A stretch of 45,370 nt of DNA from a virus (IMGVR_UViG_3300022181_000002:1-45370), one strand, 5' to 3'; positions 35,328 to 43,980 are shown, counted from the stretch's first letter. Numbers and translations: made by a program. Notes: generated by a model from the sequence alone, not told the origin.

Positions 35328-35448
35328 GCGAACCTGGCCGGGTCGTGTTGTCTGGCTCGGCCTCATTTCTTCTAATAAAGTCTTTGTGCATCTTTTCACC
35401 TCCCCTGCTCGTAGAATTCCAGCCTGGGCCTCCGGTTGAGATGGGGGA

Positions 35449-35688
35449 TTAGCCATCGGTGCCAGAAGGCCGTTGGTTAAGCTGTTCAATAGTAGAAATG
35501 AATTCAGTAACATTCCTATTCAGAGCTTTAGCAATTCGCCCAACTGTGCTTAGACGTGGTGTTACTTTTCCACCCTCAATTTTTGATAGTGTTCCTCTGC
35601 CCACACCGGACCGTTTAGAAAGCTCATCAATTGTCAGTCCTTGGGCTCCACGTTCTAGGACAATCTTGTCAGTGTTCACTATTATCAT
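35449..35688 (-). CDS. XRE/Cro-like HTH protein (second switch)
   Basis: GLTIDELSKRSGVGRGTLSKIEGG...PRLSTVGRIAKAL; GAGGTG RBS before ATG 35688. Confidence 0.88.
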   Translation of the reverse strand: MIIVNTDKIVLERGAQGLTIDELSKRSGVGRGTLSKIEGGKVTPRLSTVGRIAKALNRNVTEFISTIEQLNQRPSGTDG

Positions 35689-35713
35689 TTTTTTCACCTC
35701 TTTGTGCCGCATA

Positions 35714-35778
35714 GTGCACATTTTTATTGTACGTTCTTTTTTGTGCACTTTCAAGTATTTTGTATTACTTTTGTGCAC
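35714..35778. promoter_or_regulatory. Operator array of the second switch (3x GTGCAC)
   Basis: GTGCAC palindromes at 35714, 35743 and 35773 (29-30 bp spacing) between divergent HTH genes. Confidence 0.6.
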
Positions 35779-35811
35779 ATAATTATATAATCAAGGAAAG
35801 GCGGTGGTTCT

Positions 35812-36390
35812 TTGTTTGGTCAACGGTTACGACAATTACGAAAAGAAAGAGGTTTGAGCCTCAGAGAGCTAAGCGAACATCTTGACCTTTCTTTTTCAAC
35901 GCTAGGTTACTATGAAAGGGAAGAACGACAGCCCGACTTAGATACTCTTGATAAAATCGCTTCCTTTTTTGATGTCAGACATGACTACCTACTTGGCCAT
36001 AGCGACATTAAAACTTTTGATGAATATGTTCTTAACAATGACTTTGATTTTATAAAAGAACAGTTTCAGGAACTTGATAAGGAAAACCGGAAATATATTA
36101 CTGATTCCATTGATTCCGTATACTTGTTGCTTATGGCAAATCGCAAAGACCCTAATGCTTTAAAGATCATCTCGAAGTTCTTTTATTTGCTCCATTTATG
36201 GGATGTTGAAATGCGAAAGCAAAATACCGATTTTGAAGACTTAATTAGTTCGTTTTCTTTTTATAAAGCCCAGTTTGATTATTTGTTAAATGGCTTGCTA
36301 TGCTTGAGGCACACTGGTAATATGCCTAACCCAAGGAATGCCTTCTTTATGAAACCTATTGATGATTCATTCTGGGATACTGAAAAATAG
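35812..36390 (+). CDS. XRE-family repressor (second switch)
   Basis: FGQRLRQLRKERGLSLRELS..STLGYYE..RQPD..L..IA.FF.V..DYLLG. Confidence 0.9.
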   Translation: MFGQRLRQLRKERGLSLRELSEHLDLSFSTLGYYEREERQPDLDTLDKIASFFDVRHDYLLGHSDIKTFDEYVLNNDFDFIKEQFQELDKENRKYITDSIDSVYLLLMANRKDPNALKIISKFFYLLHLWDVEMRKQNTDFEDLISSFSFYKAQFDYLLNGLLCLRHTGNMPNPRNAFFMKPIDDSFWDTEK

Positions 36391-36435
36391 GTACTATCCG
36401 TTTTCCTAAAAACCTACCCTCGGTACACCCAGGCA

Positions 36436-37269
36436 CTAAACAACCGCAAATTCCTTCCCCATGAGCTCCTTCTTCAGACGGTCAATAATATAGACCTGAC
36501 CTTTAGCCGTCACCCGGGTGGTCTTGAACAACCTGGTACCCTTGGCAGTTTCCCTGGCACTCTGGACCACTTCAAAATACCCGCGGTCAACAAACTCCTG
36601 ATATGGCTCCGTACTCTTCGGGAAGATCATCTTCCAGGCCCGGAGTATTCTGTACAGCCGATGCTCACCGATATTAATACCCTGCTTGCACGCCACCTTT
36701 GCCAGCTCCCGGACCAGCATACTGTCCTGAGACGCAGCGCAGGTTTCGGCGAAGGCTACCAGGGGCCGGTCCTGCTCTATCTTGGCCTCCAGTGATAGCT
36801 TGGCAGCCCGCTCCGCTTTTAGATCTGTGGCTAATCGGATGATGGTATCCGGGTCGGAAAGTACTTCTTCAATTTTCTCCTGGGTGAGATACGCTCCGTG
36901 CTTACGGATGGAGGGAAGGACTTCATCGAAGATCCAGCGTTCAACCTTTTCAGCTTTCTCTGCTATGGTGGGGTTTTTGCTCTGGTCGGCGGCCTTGACG
37001 ATCAAGCGGAAGATATCTCCTTCGGGGATAACGTTAGTTTCCTGCATTCCTCCGCTTGAAGGTATCCCCGTCTTACGGATACCTTTACAATGGTCGATAA
37101 CCGCCTGACTTGGTTTCGCATATTCCAACATTCTCGCAACATCTACGCCCACTACATAAGGCTGACCGTCGATTATAACCGTTCTGACTTCACCGAACAT
37201 TTGGTGAGTAAAGATTTGAAGTGAGTTTGTTTCCCCGGGTGTGGGGAGAGAATAAGTTTGATGGTTCAT
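36436..37269 (-). CDS. Phage antirepressor, BRO-N plus KilAC
   Basis: FGEVRTV..GQPY..G.DVA..L.Y, WIFDEVLPSIRKHGAY and TTRVTAKGQ.YI motifs. Confidence 0.93.
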   Translation of the reverse strand: MNHQTYSLPTPGETNSLQIFTHQMFGEVRTVIIDGQPYVVGVDVARMLEYAKPSQAVIDHCKGIRKTGIPSSGGMQETNVIPEGDIFRLIVKAADQSKNPTIAEKAEKVERWIFDEVLPSIRKHGAYLTQEKIEEVLSDPDTIIRLATDLKAERAAKLSLEAKIEQDRPLVAFAETCAASQDSMLVRELAKVACKQGINIGEHRLYRILRAWKMIFPKSTEPYQEFVDRGYFEVVQSARETAKGTRLFKTTRVTAKGQVYIIDRLKKELMGKEFAVV

Positions 37270-37292
37270 AGTATTCCTCCTCACTTAATTGC

Positions 37293-37641
37293 TTGCGCGC
37301 ACGCAACGATTATGCCACAAAAAATAAATCCTCAAATGGATGCTCTGGAAAAGCTTTTAACACCGACGCAATAAAATCTGGTCCTGGAATCATTTTCCCT
37401 TTTTTTATCCTATATACCGTAGACCGATTTACGCCTATGTATTCGGCTATTGATTTGTCATCAGTCTTGCCAACTTGTATTTGAAGTTCTTCAAATCTAT
37501 CTAATTTTAACTTAATCATTTATTCACCCCCTTCGTTATCGCTTGCATTTGTATATATAGATTAACATGTCTTTCGCGCACTCGCAATATAAAATATCTT
37601 GTGCGCACAATCTTTTTCTTGCATCTGTTGCGCTTACGCAC
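37293..37641. promoter_or_regulatory. Operators of the main lysis/lysogeny switch (TTGCG-N4-CGCAA)
   Basis: TTGCGCGCACGCAA at 37293, TCGCGCACTCGCAA at 37574, TTGCGCTTACGCAC at 37628; related palindrome TTGTGCGCACAA at 37599. Confidence 0.7.
37310..37519 (-). CDS. Cro-like HTH protein
   Basis: IAEYIGVNRSTVYRI..G...PG..FI; divergent from the repressor. Confidence 0.85.
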   Translation of the reverse strand: MIKLKLDRFEELQIQVGKTDDKSIAEYIGVNRSTVYRIKKGKMIPGPDFIASVLKAFPEHPFEDLFFVA

Positions 37642-37675
37642 AGAAACAACTAAAATAAGGTTAGAGGTGAAAATT

Positions 37676-38107
37676 ATGGACCTAATTGAAGCCGGAAACT
37701 ATTTAAAAGGATTGGCTTTAGCAGAAGGGATTTCTGACGATTCTGAATTGGCTAGATTATCTTCATTATCTGCAAGTACAGTAAATAGAATTATGCGTGG
37801 AAAACAAAAAGCCACTCCTGAGACTCTAAAAAAAATGCATCCGCATCTCGGGGTTTCCTATGAACATTTAATGGTTAAATTCGGATATATTGAGGAGATT
37901 ATCGACCACGGCAAATATACAGAACATGTATTTACTAATATTGAAGGAGAACTAGTAGATATCGTCCAAAGGTACAAGGAACTTCCAGATGTCCAGAAAC
38001 AGTTAGTTAATACTGCCTTTAGGGCGGCCAAAGAATTGTCAAAAGAAGATATTGATAAATTGGATGAATATGCAAATATGCTATTAGAAAAAGCGAAGAA
38101 GAAATAG
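37676..38107 (+). CDS. CI/ImmR-like XRE repressor (no S24 peptidase domain)
   Basis: ELARLSSLSASTVNRIMRG...TPETL HTH; followed by an ImmA-type protease. Confidence 0.85.
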   Translation: MDLIEAGNYLKGLALAEGISDDSELARLSSLSASTVNRIMRGKQKATPETLKKMHPHLGVSYEHLMVKFGYIEEIIDHGKYTEHVFTNIEGELVDIVQRYKELPDVQKQLVNTAFRAAKELSKEDIDKLDEYANMLLEKAKKK

Positions 38108-38120
38108 AGGCCTGGAGGAT

Positions 38121-39155
38121 ATGAATAGCGAGCATTATAATCCCCGATACTACACTTTGCACTATATTCCAGAACATAGAAAATCATTCATAGAATTACG
38201 ACTAAACCAGTTTCTAAAGGATTATGATGTAAAACGTCCCCCTATAGATAGTGTTTCGCTGATAAAAAAGATGCAGCATAAGAAATTAATTAATTTTGAT
38301 TATACGTTTGTGCCAAATATTACAGCAAGTTTTGAAGCCCAAGCTAGATATTATTTAGAATATAACCTTTATGCTGTTCTCATCAATAAGACGAAAGCAA
38401 AAAAAAGTTATCCCTACAAAAAGCCTAGCGATCGTCGGTTAAATTTTACTTTAGCCCATGAATTCGGGCATATTTTTCTTGATCACTTGTTAATTTCTGA
38501 TCAGGACAAAACTCCCGCAATCCGTCGTATTGAGCATGAAGAAGCTAATGAATTTGCAGGAAGATTATTAATGCCTAGGGATATTTTGTTATCTTGCAAT
38601 TTTATATCACGCGACAAAGTATCTGACCAATTTATTGTTTCAAATCAAGCTTTATTTAAGAGGTTAAATCACCTTAAAAGGCTCGATTTGTATGGCTCCC
38701 CGACAATTCAAGTTTGCCAAAACTGTGAGAACAAAGAGATTTCTCCAGTAGCATATTACTGCAAAATTTGCGGTAGAGAGTTGTTAAATAGTTCTAAAGG
38801 AGTCCTAACAATGAAATATGATGGTTACGAGTTAGACGAAAACAACAGCTTCTCTGTTTGCCCACGGTGTGAAAATGAAGAAATATCGGGTAGCTATTGC
38901 AAGATATGTGGTATTTATGTCCGAAATGAATGTATTAATGATTATTGCTCTGCCCCTGCTGAAGGCAATGCCAGATATTGTGAAGAATGCGGGAGCATGA
39001 CGACATTTTATAATAATGGCCTTCTAAAGAGGTGGGATATAGCAAAAGCCATTATTGAAGGCCGTAATGAGGATGCTGAGGCTCTAGAAGAAGAATTAAG
39101 GGCACAAAAAGAGGCCGCTGCTGCTAGAAATTCCGAATGGGACATTCCATTTTAG
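38121..39155 (+). CDS. ImmA/IrrE-family metallopeptidase with zinc ribbons and an SSB-like tail
   Basis: RRLNFTLAHEFGH...EANEFAGRLLMP; multiple CxxC; ends WDIPF. Confidence 0.9.
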   Translation: MNSEHYNPRYYTLHYIPEHRKSFIELRLNQFLKDYDVKRPPIDSVSLIKKMQHKKLINFDYTFVPNITASFEAQARYYLEYNLYAVLINKTKAKKSYPYKKPSDRRLNFTLAHEFGHIFLDHLLISDQDKTPAIRRIEHEEANEFAGRLLMPRDILLSCNFISRDKVSDQFIVSNQALFKRLNHLKRLDLYGSPTIQVCQNCENKEISPVAYYCKICGRELLNSSKGVLTMKYDGYELDENNSFSVCPRCENEEISGSYCKICGIYVRNECINDYCSAPAEGNARYCEECGSMTTFYNNGLLKRWDIAKAIIEGRNEDAEALEEELRAQKEAAAARNSEWDIPF

Positions 39156-39179
39156 TGCTTTGAGAAAGAGGGAATATAT

Positions 39180-39734
39180 TTGAATAAATCAATAATAGGA
39201 AAGAAATACGGTGCCTTTCCCTCGGATGAAAACGACCGGTTTTCCTGGTGCATTAACTGCGGCTTTAGCGATTTCAGTCCTACCGCTACTTACTGTGAAA
39301 TATGCGGCCAAAAACTCTTTAACTATTGCTCTGGTGATGATTGTTGGCAGTCATGTGAACCTTACGCCAGGTACTGCGAGAAGTGTGGCAGCCCTTCCAT
39401 GCTCTTAAAAAAGGAACTTTTATGGCCGTATACCAAGCCTATAGAATATGACCTAGATACAATAGATACCCTATGGAAGAGCTTTTTCGAAGATCGGGCG
39501 AAAGTCATAGAAGATATAGCCTGGCTTGCCAAAGTTTTTGACACTGGCGACTACAACGAGTTTACGGGAGTATTGACTCTTTTAGTTAATAACGACAAAT
39601 CCAGCCCAGAAGGTCTTCCTCTATCTGAATTCTTCCCTAAGCTGGAGTGGGAGTTTTCAAGGTATCTAAATCAATCTATTACTCTGAAGATTGAGTATTT
39701 AATAGTGCCTGGAGATGATGATATTCCCTTTTAA
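39180..39734 (+). CDS. Double zinc-ribbon protein with an SSB-like tail
   Basis: CINC, CEIC and CEKC; N-terminus paralogous to the ImmA C-terminal ribbons; ends GDDDIPF. Confidence 0.8.
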   Translation: MNKSIIGKKYGAFPSDENDRFSWCINCGFSDFSPTATYCEICGQKLFNYCSGDDCWQSCEPYARYCEKCGSPSMLLKKELLWPYTKPIEYDLDTIDTLWKSFFEDRAKVIEDIAWLAKVFDTGDYNEFTGVLTLLVNNDKSSPEGLPLSEFFPKLEWEFSRYLNQSITLKIEYLIVPGDDDIPF

Positions 39735-40040
39735 TATCTTTATGACTTCTATCGGATGAGAACACCCAGGTCCCTCCAGAAACAAATGAAAAATCGTAAA
39801 ATACTATAAACATTTTAATATGCCCTGGCCCTGAACAAGAAACCATAGCCCGTCGGCCCAGGGGGGGGCCTGGTAAGCGGATGGGGAGATAATAGAAAAG
39901 GATTTTGACATTATGAGCCGAAATAGAACAAAATGAGGCAAAACTAGGATAATAGTGCATAAAAAAGTTAACAAATTGCGAAATTTTCAGCTTAATCGGG
40001 GTTGCGTTAAAAGTCAATTGGGCATAATATAATAATACAT

Positions 40041-40133
40041 CAAAGCCTAAACTTATTTAGTCAAGCTAATATGCCCATGGCAGTAAGCCTCCCACTATAC
40101 GGGAAGTGCCGAACCCTCGGGCTTTTGCTTTTT
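40041..40133 (+). ncRNA. Putative structured leader/antitoxin RNA upstream of the NYN gene
   Basis: Outer AAAGCC/GGCTTT, hairpin CTAAA/TTTAG, nested GGCA/TGCC and TCCC/GGGA, then a T-run; TATAAT at 40028. Confidence 0.5.
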
Positions 40134-40150
40134 AGGGAAGGAGCAATTTT

Positions 40151-40885
40151 ATGATTAAAACCGCTATATTGGTTGATGGAGGTTTTTATAGGTATCGAGC
40201 TCAATCTCTCTGGGGTGAAAAGCGCGCTACAGAAAGAGCGGATGAACTCATTAACTACTGCAATAGGCACTTATCCTATCATGGCAAGGAAAGCCTAAAA
40301 GCTGATCTTTATAGGATTTTTTATTATGATTGCCCTCCCATGAGTAAAAAAATGTATCACCCTCTATTGAAGCGTCAGATCGATTACGCAAAAACAGATT
40401 TATATACGTGGACTACTGAATTTTTCAATGAATTAAAGACCAAACGGAAAGTTGCCCTTAGATTAGGAACCTTAGCTGATAACCTAGCGCATTTCAACCT
40501 TAACCCTGAAATCACGAAAAAGCTTTGCCGAGGAATAATGAAATGGGACGAGCTAACACCAGAGGATTTTAAACTAGATGTTAAACAAAAAGGCGTAGAT
40601 ATGAAAATTGCTGTAGATATCGCGTCTCTTTCTTTCAAAAAGCAGGTTAATCAAATTATTTTAATTGCAGCTGATAGCGACTTTGTTCCGGCTTCAAAAT
40701 TAGCAAGAAGAGAAGGAATGGACTTTATTCTCGATCCAATGTGGGCCCCCATTAAGCCAGAACTACACGAACATATTGACGGTCTTAGATCATGCACTCC
40801 CAATCCCGGGATAAAAGCTCAAAGGCCGGCGAAAAAGTATACGGCAAAACCAGTGGCACCCAAGAAAGATGGCAAAAACCCGTAG
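40151..40885 (+). CDS. NYN/LabA-DUF88 PIN-fold ribonuclease
   Basis: AILVDGGF, RIFYYDCPP, KQKGVDMKIAVD and AADSDFVPA..AR.EG motifs. Confidence 0.92.
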   Translation: MIKTAILVDGGFYRYRAQSLWGEKRATERADELINYCNRHLSYHGKESLKADLYRIFYYDCPPMSKKMYHPLLKRQIDYAKTDLYTWTTEFFNELKTKRKVALRLGTLADNLAHFNLNPEITKKLCRGIMKWDELTPEDFKLDVKQKGVDMKIAVDIASLSFKKQVNQIILIAADSDFVPASKLARREGMDFILDPMWAPIKPELHEHIDGLRSCTPNPGIKAQRPAKKYTAKPVAPKKDGKNP

Positions 40886-41101
40886 AAGCAAAGTGGAAAG
40901 AATCTACCCGAGGGGTCGATGCCCTCCCGGAAGAGAACCCCGGCCTTACGTCCGAATGCAACTCGAGCCTCATCCTTCCACTGATTTAACTCTACTGCCT
41001 GGGGAGTAAAATGGCAACATGGCCCTTAACCTGTGGGGCGGAAGTGGATAAGGCCAATTAGGGTTCTTAATAACTTGAAATATTTTATTTATTAATGTAT
41101 T

Positions 41102-41124
41102 TTATTAACGGTAAGTGTTAATAA
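41102..41124. promoter_or_regulatory. Putative HigA operator
   Basis: TTATTAAC-N7-GTTAATAA inverted repeat 21 bp upstream of higB. Confidence 0.6.
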
Positions 41125-41145
41125 TATTGTTGACTGGGGAGTAAT

Positions 41146-41481
41146 ATGGAGATATACTTTATTACTAGGAAGATGTCAAAAACATTTAACTCAGAAAGAT
41201 CGCTTGTCAAAGAATATGGTGTTCTTGCATCGAAAATAGCCCAGCGACTTAGTGAGTTAAAGGCAGCTTCTAACCTGTCCCTCATCAGCCATCTTCCCCC
41301 ACCGAGATTACATCAACTTGAGGGGCAGCGAAAAAGTCAATACGCAGTTGATCTTAACGGCTCAATGAGGCTGATATTTACTCCAGCTGATGAGCCGTTG
41401 CCTGTCGTCAGCGATGGCGGGATAGACAAGGCTAGAGTAACTGAAATATTAGTAATAGGGGTGGAAAATTATCATGGCTAG
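41146..41481 (+). CDS. higB: HigB/RelE-family toxin (killer protein)
   Basis: RLHQLEGQRKSQYAVDL...RLIF...I.VENYH; toxin-first order overlapping higA. Confidence 0.88.
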   Translation: MEIYFITRKMSKTFNSERSLVKEYGVLASKIAQRLSELKAASNLSLISHLPPPRLHQLEGQRKSQYAVDLNGSMRLIFTPADEPLPVVSDGGIDKARVTEILVIGVENYHG

Positions 41482-42559
41482 AAAGAGATATGTATACGAG
41501 CCTGATTACGCAGTACCACCTGGGGATACTCTTCTTGAAACGATAGAATGTTTGAATATCTCTCAAGCCGAACTAGCTGAGAGAACAGGGCGTCCAACCA
41601 AAACTCTTAATGGAATAATTAAGGGTAAAGTTGCGATTACAGCAGAAACAGCTATTCAATTGGAAAGGGTTCTAGGGGTTGATGCTGGTTTTTGGCTTAA
41701 ATTAGAAAGCAACTATCAAGAAGCAGTCGCTCGAATAAAAGAAAAGGAAGCTCTTCAAACAGAACTTGAATGGTTAAAATCTATACCCATTAAAGAGATG
41801 ATTGCTTATAAATGGATTCCAGCATCCAAGGACAGCATAGAGCTTATTAGATCTGCTCTTCAATTTTTTGGAGTTGCATCGGTATCAGCATGGAAAAATC
41901 ATTGGGCTAATCCGGAAGTATCTTATCGCAAGTCGTTATGTTTTGAGAGTAATCCCGGTTCATTAACTGCATGGTTAAGAAAAGGTGAAATAACCGCACA
42001 GGCATTGTCATGTGGTCCATATAACCGCGCTAAGTTCCTCGAAGCCTTAAAGGAGATCCGCACTCTGACAAGAGAAGATCCTGGCGTATTTGTACCCAGA
42101 ATGATTTCTCTCTGCGCAGAGGCTGGAGTTGCATTGGTATTCGTTAGAGAACTTCCCAAATGTCCTGTTAGTGGAGCCGCTCGTTGGCTATCTCCTGATA
42201 AAGCGGTTATTCAATTAACTTTACGACATCGCTTTGATGATCATTTTTGGTTTAGCTTTTTCCATGAAGCTGGCCATATTTTAAATCCTCGCAAACGCGA
42301 TATATTCGTTGATTCCGATGCCGATCCAAACACAGCTGAAGAAGAAGAGGCCAATCGGCTCGCAAGAAATTCATTAATACCTGACGCCGCATATAGAGTA
42401 CTTCTTCAATCCAGACCTATCAGCCGAAAAAAAGTAATATCATTTGCCGAGCAACAGAAAATTGCTCCTGGAATTGTAGTCGGCCGCCTTCAGCACGATA
42501 AGGTTATTGAATATAAACATCTAAATAATCTCAAAAGAAAATTTGTTTGGGCTGATTAG
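41474..42559 (+). CDS. higA: HigA antitoxin fused to an ImmA/IrrE (M78) peptidase-like domain
   Basis: VPPGDTL..SQAELAERTG..AIT.ETA.QLE..FWL.LE; FWFSFFHEAGH...EEEAN. Confidence 0.9.
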   Translation: MARKRYVYEPDYAVPPGDTLLETIECLNISQAELAERTGRPTKTLNGIIKGKVAITAETAIQLERVLGVDAGFWLKLESNYQEAVARIKEKEALQTELEWLKSIPIKEMIAYKWIPASKDSIELIRSALQFFGVASVSAWKNHWANPEVSYRKSLCFESNPGSLTAWLRKGEITAQALSCGPYNRAKFLEALKEIRTLTREDPGVFVPRMISLCAEAGVALVFVRELPKCPVSGAARWLSPDKAVIQLTLRHRFDDHFWFSFFHEAGHILNPRKRDIFVDSDADPNTAEEEEANRLARNSLIPDAAYRVLLQSRPISRKKVISFAEQQKIAPGIVVGRLQHDKVIEYKHLNNLKRKFVWAD

Positions 42560-42685
42560 CTTACTTAAAAGGGTTTAACTATCGTATTTCTGTCTTCATG
42601 ATAGTTAAGGCTAAATTACTAGCATACAATCTTTCGATGTCTTTTAAAGGAAAGCCATTTTTAGTTCTTATTCGGGAGGTACACT

Positions 42686-42964
42686 ATGAATAACGAGGAA
42701 AAGATTCTAAAGGCACTTGAAACCATGCAGCAGGGGCAGAATATGGTTGCCCAGCAAGTTAATGACCTAAGCGTTGAGGTTAAAGCCATAGAAGAATCCC
42801 AGGTCCGCATGGAAAACGAGCTTACTGAAAAGGTCCGGGCCTTGTACGATGCCAGAGAGGTCCAGAACGATGTTAACGAAAGAATAATCAACGCCCTGGG
42901 CCGGATCGAGGCCAAGGTTGATGTCCTCCAGATGGAGACGGCCAGTATACGAAGAGTAAAGTAA
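42686..42964 (+). CDS. Small coiled-coil protein
   Basis: GGGAGGT RBS; heptad pattern; RMENE...KVRALYDA. Confidence 0.75.
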   Translation: MNNEEKILKALETMQQGQNMVAQQVNDLSVEVKAIEESQVRMENELTEKVRALYDAREVQNDVNERIINALGRIEAKVDVLQMETASIRRVK

Positions 42965-42998
42965 GGCCGCCAGTTGATCAATTTGCAGAGGTAATACG

Positions 42999-43211
42999 AT
43001 GAAATATTCTATAGTCATTGAAACCGCCGGCAAGAATTATTCAGCTTATTCCCCTGATGTTCCAGGCTGCATAGCAACCGGTAAAACCATAAACGAAGCG
43101 AAAGAAAATCTGCAAAAAGCCCTGGAGTTTCATATCCAAGGGCTGAAGGAAGACGGGTTGCCAGTACCGGAGCCCGCATCCCAGGTGGATTACTTGACGG
43201 TTTCGGTATAG
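42999..43211 (+). CDS. hicB: HicB-family antitoxin (short form, no adjacent hicA)
   Basis: YSAYSPDVPGCIATGKT..EA..N...ALEFHI.GL.EDG.PVPEP. Confidence 0.9.
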   Translation: MKYSIVIETAGKNYSAYSPDVPGCIATGKTINEAKENLQKALEFHIQGLKEDGLPVPEPASQVDYLTVSV

Positions 43212-43237
43212 TAGACACAACATTGATTGAGTTTAAG

Positions 43238-43264
43238 AAAACTGCTGCGTATGTGGCGGTTTTT
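43238..43264 (+). terminator. Terminator after hicB
   Basis: AAAACTGCTGC-GTAT-GTGGCGGTTTT hairpin with a T-tail. Confidence 0.55.
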
Positions 43265-43286
43265 GTTTAATGGAAGGAGATGTTCA

Positions 43287-43967
43287 ATGAGAGACAAAAA
43301 CAGAAAAGCATGGCTTTACAGCGTGGACAAGGAATTAGCCAAACAGCTTAAAAAAGAAGACTTCTCTGACATATTGGAAAATATCGATATTGAGGTACAT
43401 TTATCAATGTGCATGAACCCAATAGAGCCACAAGATAAATTCTATCGATACTTTATTAACGCAATCTATCGCCATTACAAGGATCCTGAAATGTTTGAAG
43501 AGCCCGAATTGATTAGAATCGCTTCTGCGGAAGCAATAATACTAGATCCATTTGAAAACGAAGATGAAGTCTTAATGGACATGTGTGATGCTGACTCAGG
43601 AGATTTATTGGCCGCCTATGTTGCTTTATTCGATGATGATGAATGCTTACGTGAACCGCTTGAAGACTATAGCCCTGCCCCAGTCTGTTACCTTGAGGAG
43701 TTCATAGTGACTGAGCAGCTCGAGTTCCTCCAAGCAGAAATATTAAGATGGATTATAAAATATTTAAGCTCTTTTTCATCCATCCTGGTTTTCCTGCCGG
43801 TGCCTTCGTATAGATCATACGATGAGGTAAATCAAATTAGCTGCTTAACCAGGGACTTTGACGATAAAAAGATAAAAAAGTTTAGAAAGTTCTTTACCAG
43901 CCAGGGGTTCTTCCCTTTACGAGATACGGACTATATGTACCATATTTACGACTATTCAATGGACTAA
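43287..43967 (+). CDS. Acidic hypothetical protein with a degenerate GNAT-like C-terminal half
   Basis: GGAAGGAG RBS before ATG 43287; YLEEFIV...LVFLPVP...RKFFTSQGF pattern, but no R/QxxGxG loop. Confidence 0.7.
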   Translation: MRDKNRKAWLYSVDKELAKQLKKEDFSDILENIDIEVHLSMCMNPIEPQDKFYRYFINAIYRHYKDPEMFEEPELIRIASAEAIILDPFENEDEVLMDMCDADSGDLLAAYVALFDDDECLREPLEDYSPAPVCYLEEFIVTEQLEFLQAEILRWIIKYLSSFSSILVFLPVPSYRSYDEVNQISCLTRDFDDKKIKKFRKFFTSQGFFPLRDTDYMYHIYDYSMD

Positions 43968-43980
43968 GAGGTATTCGCTT

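Noticed and set aside
39735-40000. GC-rich patch (GGCCCAGGGGGGGGCC) and ORF 39679-40017
   Set aside because: No coherent fold, RBS or recognisable protein; possibly a decayed remnant
40792-41060. ORF 40792-40989 and nearby GC-rich sequence
   Set aside because: Overlaps the NYN 3' end and has no RBS or motif
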